Origin: Hyalangium minutum
GTDB taxonomy: Bacteria > Myxococcota > Myxococcia > Myxococcales > Myxococcaceae
DNA: 64,000 nucleotides
Direction: 5' to 3'
NCBI RefSeq assembly: GCF_000737315.1
Contig: NZ_JMCB01000029.1
Coordinates: forward strand, 22,721 to 86,720
The position numbers and the translations under genes were made by a program. The notes under the pieces are model-generated. The model had not been told where the DNA came from. It ran no database searches and worked only from the letters and a program-made list of their open reading frames with translations. This document shows, one piece after another, positions 58,155 through 64,000 of the stretch (the stretch's first letter is position 1; each line of letters begins with the position of its first letter).

Positions 58155-58445
58155 GCACGCTACCGGCAGTGGACGCTGTCCTTTCCGCAGCGGGTGCGGT
58201 GGGTGCTGCTCAAGGACGTGGGGCTCGTCTTGGACGTCCTCACCCTCTTCCTGCGCGCGGTGTTCGCCTTGCAGCGCCGGAGGGCACGGCGGCAGGGCCT
58301 ACGTGGTGGGCAGGTTGTTGCCAGCAGCGACTGCGCGGCTTCTCCCTGCACGCCAACACGCACCTTCACGCCAACGACAGGCAGGGTCTGGAGCGGCCAT
58401 GCCACTACAGGGGCACGCGGTGCGCTGGCGCTGGAGCGGGTCGTT
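58155..58445 (+). mobile_element. Internally deleted, frameshifted IS91-family (Y2/HUH) transposase remnant
   Basis: YRQWTLSFP.RVRWVLLKD...RRRARRQG joined to GFSLHANTHLHANDRQGLER and GARGALALER in other frames; the catalytic HUH segment is missing. Confidence 0.75.
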
Positions 58446-58503
58446 GGCTTGTTCTGGAGAAAATGCTGGCATTTCTTCGCCGATGGTAGTGTCGTGAACT
58501 CAA

Positions 58504-58533
58504 TACTCCAGAGGTAACTACTCCAGAGATAAC
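58504..58533 (+). repeat. Tandem 15-bp direct repeat just upstream of the three-gene operon
   Basis: tactccagaggtaac / tactccagagataac (1 mismatch), 12 nt before ATG 58546. Confidence 0.8.
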
Positions 58534-58545
58534 TGAGAGGGCTCC

Positions 58546-60402
58546 ATGGGCGTGGCGATCGTTGTTCTGGCCTGGACCACCTTGGCGGGAGCCACGGTGG
58601 ATCCGAAATGTGACGCGAGCCGCTTCGCAAAGCCGCCGGGCAGCGCGGCACGATGGACGGTCAACGTGGATGGGACCGTCGACGTAGGACCGTCTCCAGA
58701 GCCGCTGATCCGATTCGAGGCTGATGGACCGGCCCCCCTCACCGTGAGCGTCGAGGCCACGGGGGAGCGCCAATTGCTGTGCGGCCAAGTGACACCCGGA
58801 ACGCTCTACCAGCTCCCGCTCAAGCCGGACGATAAATCACCGCAGACCGTGCTAACCATCAAGCTGAGCGGGAACGCGCGCAATCCGCTGGAACAGCAGC
58901 GGTGGGACGAACAGGCAGAGGCCGTACGGTCGGAAAACCTGCTGCGAACCACCTTGATCGAAGCACAGGCAGTGGACGACGCGCTCGACCTGAAGCCGCT
59001 CCGTGAACAGATGCGGGACTACGGCCAGGACGTGAGTCAGCCTCCTCCCAGGAAACTCTCGACCGATGTCGCGGCCGTGCTCAAGGAAGCACAAGCGCGC
59101 GCGTCCTGTGGCCCCGGCTACCTCGGCTCTCCAGTTCTTGCTCGGTGCGCGCGTGCCCAAGAAGTCGCCTCAGCCTTGTACAGCTTGACGCAGCAGATGA
59201 GCCGCTATGGCACGGCGCCAGCGGATGACTCGGAAACAGCGCGCAGAGAGTTCGAACTCCAAGTCGCGTGGTTGAGGCTCAAACCGCTGACGGAGGGCAC
59301 GTTTACGCCCAAGGAGATCCAGTCCTACTGCGCGGAGATTGCTCCGAAGCTCCTGTGGTTTGACGCTCCCGAGCAGGTCTTGCTCAATGTCATCCAGGTT
59401 CCTTTTGGAGGGCCCGACACGACGGTGCACCACATTGTCTGGAAGCGAGGAAAGCACACCGTCAAGAATCAGAAGCCGGAGCGTGCGGTCTCTTTTGTCA
59501 TCTCGAGCGCGCCGCATGGCACCGACATCACGGTCGAGGCCAAGGAGCGCACAGGCGAGAAGAGGGATATCGCCCAGATCCTTTCTGGTTTTGCGGCGAT
59601 CATTCTACGGACGCTTCCGGCCGGGCCTCCTCTGAAGGGTTATGCGGCTGATAAGGAGTGGACCGAGGCCGAAGGATTCTCGGAAGCATGCAAGGATCTC
59701 AAGCCCAAGCCACCCTCCAACATCGCTCCGCTCGAACCCTTGACGAGCCACGCGTACGTCCTGGCTGAGATGCCTGACGCCACCGTGGACATCTTGTTCT
59801 GCGAAGGAAAGACGTGTCCCAAGGACGTCAGCACCATCACCCGCGCCGAGGTGAAGCCCAGGCCGAGCGCCTCCTGGGCGCTCCTGGCCGAATTCGGGCT
59901 CAACAGTGCATTGGCGAAGTCGGACGCTGGCTGGGCCATGGGAGCCCCTCGGTTCGAGTCCACTGGCGGTGCCTCCGGTCCCGAGACCCTCTTCGAGCTG
60001 CGCTACCCGTTCGATGCCCGGCGCCTGGTGACGGGCTCTCTGCTCCTTGGCTCCCGGTTCTGCGATGACACGTGGTTCGTGGGGGCTGGCCCGACGCTGC
60101 TCGTTGGCTCTGGCGGCGGCGCATTGACCCAGCTGAATGTGCGCGCGGGCGTTCGTCTCCGCAGGGGGCTCTATTTCACGTTCGGCGGGGGCATGCGGTT
60201 CGTCACCGTTGCCACGGACTATTCTCCAGGCGACCTCATCGCGATGCCAGGGGCGGCAGGCACGGCAAAGGCTCCGGAGGGCTTCAGGACAGCACAGACC
60301 GTCGTGCCCGTCGTGTCCGCGGGACTGAGCTTCGATCTCGCGGTGCTTGGGACGGCCGCCGATTCACTGGTGTCTGTCATTGGAGCGGGAGCGAAAAACT
60401 AA
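58546..60402 (+). CDS. Secreted hypothetical protein; C-terminal region of amphipathic beta-strands
   Basis: Hydrophobic N-terminus; paired Cys; C-terminal alternating hydrophobic strands (WFVGAGPTLL, LNVRAGVRL, LYFTFGGG, VSAGLSFDL). Confidence 0.7.
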   Translation: MGVAIVVLAWTTLAGATVDPKCDASRFAKPPGSAARWTVNVDGTVDVGPSPEPLIRFEADGPAPLTVSVEATGERQLLCGQVTPGTLYQLPLKPDDKSPQTVLTIKLSGNARNPLEQQRWDEQAEAVRSENLLRTTLIEAQAVDDALDLKPLREQMRDYGQDVSQPPPRKLSTDVAAVLKEAQARASCGPGYLGSPVLARCARAQEVASALYSLTQQMSRYGTAPADDSETARREFELQVAWLRLKPLTEGTFTPKEIQSYCAEIAPKLLWFDAPEQVLLNVIQVPFGGPDTTVHHIVWKRGKHTVKNQKPERAVSFVISSAPHGTDITVEAKERTGEKRDIAQILSGFAAIILRTLPAGPPLKGYAADKEWTEAEGFSEACKDLKPKPPSNIAPLEPLTSHAYVLAEMPDATVDILFCEGKTCPKDVSTITRAEVKPRPSASWALLAEFGLNSALAKSDAGWAMGAPRFESTGGASGPETLFELRYPFDARRLVTGSLLLGSRFCDDTWFVGAGPTLLVGSGGGALTQLNVRAGVRLRRGLYFTFGGGMRFVTVATDYSPGDLIAMPGAAGTAKAPEGFRTAQTVVPVVSAGLSFDLAVLGTAADSLVSVIGAGAKN

Positions 60403-61391
60403 TGCGCGCACTCATGAAGGTGTGTCTCGCAGGCCTCTTGGCCTTGAGCTGTGTTCCCGAGGAGCGGCGAACGCTCTCCCCGGAGGTCAACATCCGTGCC
60501 TCCGACGGGCTCCAGACCCTACCGTGGGTTCCGGGAGGGAAGTTCACGGTCAAGGTCAGCGTCCCCAAGCCGGAGAACGGCCAGCTCTGCGGGCCGCTCA
60601 ACGCGCGGGCGGACATCACCACGCCAACGCTGGATACCGGTGCGGTGGTCACCTCGACCTTCGCGTTGAAGCAGGAGGGCAATTGCGGCGCCTACGCAGG
60701 GCTCACCGAGCTCGCTTGGCCGACGGGCGGTCACTTCCAAGCCCGCGTGAGCGTCGTGGGCGAGGAGCAGGTGTTCGACCTCCACATGGACGAGCCGAAG
60801 GTCGAGCTCGTGCGTGGGAACCCGACACGTAAAGGCGGGCAGCTGACCGTTCCTCTGTGCATCGTCAGCTCAGCAGCCCGCGGAGCGGTGAACCTCACGG
60901 TGGAGGGGGGCACCCTGGATGATGGGCAGACTGCCCGCCGGATCAACCTCGGGACGATCCCCTGCGATGATCAGGGTGTCCTGGAGGGCCCGAGGAAGAG
61001 CTGGGCCAGCGCCGTGCTTTTCACCATGGCCGAGCGCGCCATCATGCGAGCCGACCTCGAGGGACGCGCGAACGATGTGCTCCCCGTCGAACTGCTTCCC
61101 GATCTCGAGTCGCTCGAGCTGGACCTGACATTCCAACCAAGCACGCTGCCGCCTCCGGGCTCTGTCTTCGCGGTCACCGTCACCGCCACCGTCGCCGGAG
61201 GTATCGCCGACGGCGTGCCCGTGCGCATCGAGACGACGCCGGAGGCCGAGATCCTCCCCGTGAACGGCGTCACGGATGAGCAAGGCACCTTCACCGCGTA
61301 CATCACCGTGCCCGAGGGCATCGTGTCGATGCGGATCGATGCCACCAGCGGAGCGCTCCGCAGAGGCAAGACCCTTGCTGATTCCCCGTGA
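60402..61391 (+). CDS. Lipoprotein with probable Ig-like beta-sandwich domains
   Basis: TAATG overlap with the upstream stop; lipobox ALSC; C-terminal VTVTATVAGG.ADGVPV..GVTDEQGTFTA (Big-1-like). Confidence 0.7.
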   Translation: MRALMKVCLAGLLALSCVPEERRTLSPEVNIRASDGLQTLPWVPGGKFTVKVSVPKPENGQLCGPLNARADITTPTLDTGAVVTSTFALKQEGNCGAYAGLTELAWPTGGHFQARVSVVGEEQVFDLHMDEPKVELVRGNPTRKGGQLTVPLCIVSSAARGAVNLTVEGGTLDDGQTARRINLGTIPCDDQGVLEGPRKSWASAVLFTMAERAIMRADLEGRANDVLPVELLPDLESLELDLTFQPSTLPPPGSVFAVTVTATVAGGIADGVPVRIETTPEAEILPVNGVTDEQGTFTAYITVPEGIVSMRIDATSGALRRGKTLADSP

Positions 61392-61403
61392 GGTACCTCG
61401 GCC

Positions 61404-62426
61404 ATGGAACTCGCTAGCGCACGTGCCTTGAAGGAGGAGCTGTCCGCGGAGTTGGACAGGATTGCGGCGGGGGAAGTCACCCCGCTCATGGAGATGATGT
61501 CCGCGACGATGGACTCACGCACCAAGGCCCTGGCCCCTTATCACCTCGTGCCCCACGGCGTGGCCCTTGGAGTGGCGGTGGGTTCCGAAATCGACGACTA
61601 CCGCCTCGCGCTCCGGATCCAGGTGCAGAGCCCGGCCTCCACTTCCTTCACCAGCTATGCCGTGGGACTTGCTCGGAACGAAGCAGACGTCCGGTCCATC
61701 GGACTGCTCACCTTGGGCAGGGATGCATCGGCGGGGATGCCCCCATACTGCGAGGAAGTCCGTCCCATCAAGCCAGGCTATTCCATCGGCCATCCCATCG
61801 TGGGAGCGGGCACGATCGGCGCCCTGGTCGAGGACCAAAACGGGAGGCACGGAATCCTGTCCAACAGCCACATCCTGGCCGTGGCGGGGCTCGCGACAAA
61901 GCGAGACAACATCCTGCAGCCTGGAGCGCTGGACGGGGGCCGGGAGCCCGCGAACGTCGTCGCATCGCTCGAACGTTTCGTCAGCCTCGAGCGCGGGCGA
62001 GGAGGTAGCAACGTGGTGGACGCGGCCTATGCACTCCTCAAGAACGGCGTCCGCCTGGACCCCACCTATGACGGAAAGCCCATGCAGCGCGTAGTCCCCG
62101 CGAGGGAGCTCGCGGAGAACATGAATGTCTGGAAGCTCGGCCGGAGCACGGGGAAGACCAGGGGCAAGGTGTCCGTCGTGAACTGTGACAATCTCCAAGT
62201 GCGGCTCGGGGGCGTCATCTACTCGTTCGATGATCAGCTCGAGGTGGAGAGCGATTCGCCCTTCTCCCAAGAGGGTGACTCCGGCGCCGTCGTGCTTAAT
62301 GACAAAGATGAGGGGATCGGGCTGCTGCTTACGGGCTCCGAGCGCGGCGGAAGTAACGGCAAAGGCCTGACGTATGCCAACCCGCTGGAGACCGTGCTGA
62401 AGAACCTCAAGCTCAAGCCCCTGTAG
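61404..62426 (+). CDS. Cytoplasmic trypsin-like (S1, NAL1-like) serine protease
   Basis: GTIGALV, LSNSHIL (His), VDAA (Asp), KLGRSTGKT.G, FSQEGDSGAVV (Ser); no signal peptide; N-terminal prodomain-like region. Confidence 0.85.
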   Translation: MELASARALKEELSAELDRIAAGEVTPLMEMMSATMDSRTKALAPYHLVPHGVALGVAVGSEIDDYRLALRIQVQSPASTSFTSYAVGLARNEADVRSIGLLTLGRDASAGMPPYCEEVRPIKPGYSIGHPIVGAGTIGALVEDQNGRHGILSNSHILAVAGLATKRDNILQPGALDGGREPANVVASLERFVSLERGRGGSNVVDAAYALLKNGVRLDPTYDGKPMQRVVPARELAENMNVWKLGRSTGKTRGKVSVVNCDNLQVRLGGVIYSFDDQLEVESDSPFSQEGDSGAVVLNDKDEGIGLLLTGSERGGSNGKGLTYANPLETVLKNLKLKPL

Positions 62427-62760
62427 TCCTCCCAGATGCCGAAGCCTGGCGGGAGGCGGGTTGAAAGTTTGCCCTGCAGCGTCGAAGGGCACAGCGACAG
62501 GGGCTGTACGGTGCTCCCAGTCCTCGCATGCTCGACTCCCCTCGCCCCTCTTCCTCGCTCGTGGCGGAGCGGGGCATTGGGGGGGATGGGGCTCGCCGGC
62601 CCCATATTTGGCTCACCTGATAGATGAAGGGATACTCGCGGGGCACGCGGACCTCAGCACAGAGGGTGCGTGGGAATACGGCCATTCATGATATCGACCG
62701 GCGCTCCACTCCTTTCGCCCATCCCCGCGATCTGTCTACTCCATCCCAAAGGTACCCGAC

Positions 62761-63159
62761 ATGTCCAAGCGTGACGCGATCTTCCCGGCAAACCGCCATG
62801 GGCTGTACGAAGCGCATCGCTACTCTGCCGCCATCCGCTCCGGCGATCTTCTCTTCGTATCCGGGCAGGTCGGCAGCCGTGAGGACGGCTCGCCTGAGCC
62901 GGTTTTCGCGGATCAGGTCCGGCGAGCCTTCGCCAACCTGCGCGCGGTCCTGTCGGCAGCGGGATGCACCTTCGACGACGTGATCGACGTCACCACCTTC
63001 CACACCGACCCGGAGGCTCAGTTCGAAACGATCATGGCCGTACGCGGCGAGGAAATCGGCGAGCCGCCCTACCCAAACTGGACTGCGGTTGGCGTGAACT
63101 GGCTTGCCGGCTTTGACTTCGAGATCAAGGTCATCGCCCGCATTCCTGCGGCCGAGTGA
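62761..63159 (+). CDS. RidA/YjgF family protein (YjgH-like, lacks the catalytic Arg)
   Basis: YSAA.RSGDLLFVSGQVG, AFANL..VL.AAG, PNWTAVGV (W where RidA has R), FEIKV. Confidence 0.88.
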   Translation: MSKRDAIFPANRHGLYEAHRYSAAIRSGDLLFVSGQVGSREDGSPEPVFADQVRRAFANLRAVLSAAGCTFDDVIDVTTFHTDPEAQFETIMAVRGEEIGEPPYPNWTAVGVNWLAGFDFEIKVIARIPAAE

Positions 63160-63491
63160 GGCCGCTGGAATCCCGAAGGTCGAGAATGCCCGCTTCCTTG
63201 ATCTTTCGGCGACGTGACGTCGCACGTCTCCTCTTCGATTGCACGCCGCGAGCAAGCTTCTTGGCCTGGCGGTCGATGGACGGCGAGTCTCCTTCACCGA
63301 GAACGTCAGCCGGAAGAGGCAAGTGAGCCGCCTGAGGCAGCGGCGAGGCAGGAGCCGCCCCGATGACCGTGAACCTGCCCACTGAGTGGAGTGTCAGGAC
63401 AACGGCGGGGCGCGTTGCGATATGCCGAGGTGGAATCAAAGCCCCGCGTCCAGGCTTCAGGAACGCAGGGCCGTGACTCACGAAGGGGACG

Positions 63492-64000
63492 TCAGGACGG
63501 TGACGGCGACTTCGCTTCGTCGCTCACGCCGGGCAGCTGGGCGGTGAGCGCCTCGGCCAGCAGCAGCAGTTGCTCCAGGGGGATGCCCTTGATGTCCACC
63601 ACCGCCCTGCCCTTCTGGTTGCGAAGCGCGAGCTTCACCAGCGTGCCCTTGCCCTTGGGGAAGCGCTGCGCCACCGCTTCGGAGTACTGCTCGGCCAGCG
63701 CCACCTTCTCCGGGGGCAGCGGCTTGCTGGAGGTGGGCCGGCGCTTGCGCTGCAGCGCCCGGCGCATTTGGTCCACGCTGCATGCGCCGAACGGCTGCTC
63801 GGTGACATTCCCGTTCTCGTCCGGCACCTCGATGGGCGTGGGGCCCGGGTCCTCGTGGTTCAGCTCCAGCCCGGCCGCCTCCGCGTACGTCAGCAGCACC
63901 GACAGGCATGTGACGCCGAAGCGCCGCGCCACTGGCTCGCTGAAGTTCTCCGCCACCGTCCCGTACACCTTCAGCGTCGGCAGGGACAGGTCCGCCAGGT
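63492..64000 (-). CDS. Multicopy myxobacterial hypothetical protein, C-terminal part (runs off the right edge)
   Basis: Open frame LADLSLPTLKVYGTVA...KPLPPEKVAL...GIPLEQLLLLAEALTAQLP; intact counterpart of 39307-39850. Confidence 0.8.
   Translation of the reverse strand, partial: LADLSLPTLKVYGTVAENFSEPVARRFGVTCLSVLLTYAEAAGLELNHEDPGPTPIEVPDENGNVTEQPFGACSVDQMRRALQRKRRPTSSKPLPPEKVALAEQYSEAVAQRFPKGKGTLVKLALRNQKGRAVVDIKGIPLEQLLLLAEALTAQLPGVSDEAKSPSPS

Noticed and set aside
63131-63481. 116-aa minus-strand ORF after the repeat-family gene
   Set aside because: Its 5' part is shared repeat flank, its 3' end overlaps the RidA gene, and no motif was recognised; it may be a remnant but cannot be supported.

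Overview
GC-rich myxobacterial DNA (Myxococcales-like, judged from MYXO-CTERM-type tails, paralogous lipoproteins and TSP3-repeat surface proteins). No rRNA, tRNA or CRISPR array was seen. Bases 1-36,700 are mostly housekeeping and metabolic: surface repeat proteins, an MBL hydrolase, fxsA, rlmI, glycerate kinase, nicotinamidase, a sugar-binding-protein-gated phosphorelay, a guanidine-III riboswitch with sugE/gdx, an RNase T2 lipoprotein, two molybdo-hydroxylase modules, a catalase-like protein and pncB. Bases 36,700-64,000 are a patchwork accessory region with many gene remnants. It holds an actinohivin-like lectin, a LysR-controlled redox/hydrolase cassette, a NadR-like enzyme, an orphan zinc-ribbon/ADP-ribosyltransferase-like protein, a lipoprotein nuclease toxin-immunity pair, a subtilase, an orphan Flp pilin with a headless copy, an IS91 remnant, and a coupled three-gene operon ending in a cytoplasmic trypsin-like protease. 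The strongest candidates for undescribed biology are (i) the single-chain, eukaryote-style xanthine-oxidoreductase-like enzyme with an altered substrate pocket and its co-transcribed monohaem cytochrome, (ii) the R-H-STT-ExE ADP-ribosyltransferase-like gene, (iii) the actinohivin-like lipoprotein lectin and (iv) the secreted protein/lipoprotein/protease operon. All calls come from manual motif reading and recalled family knowledge. No database searches were run.
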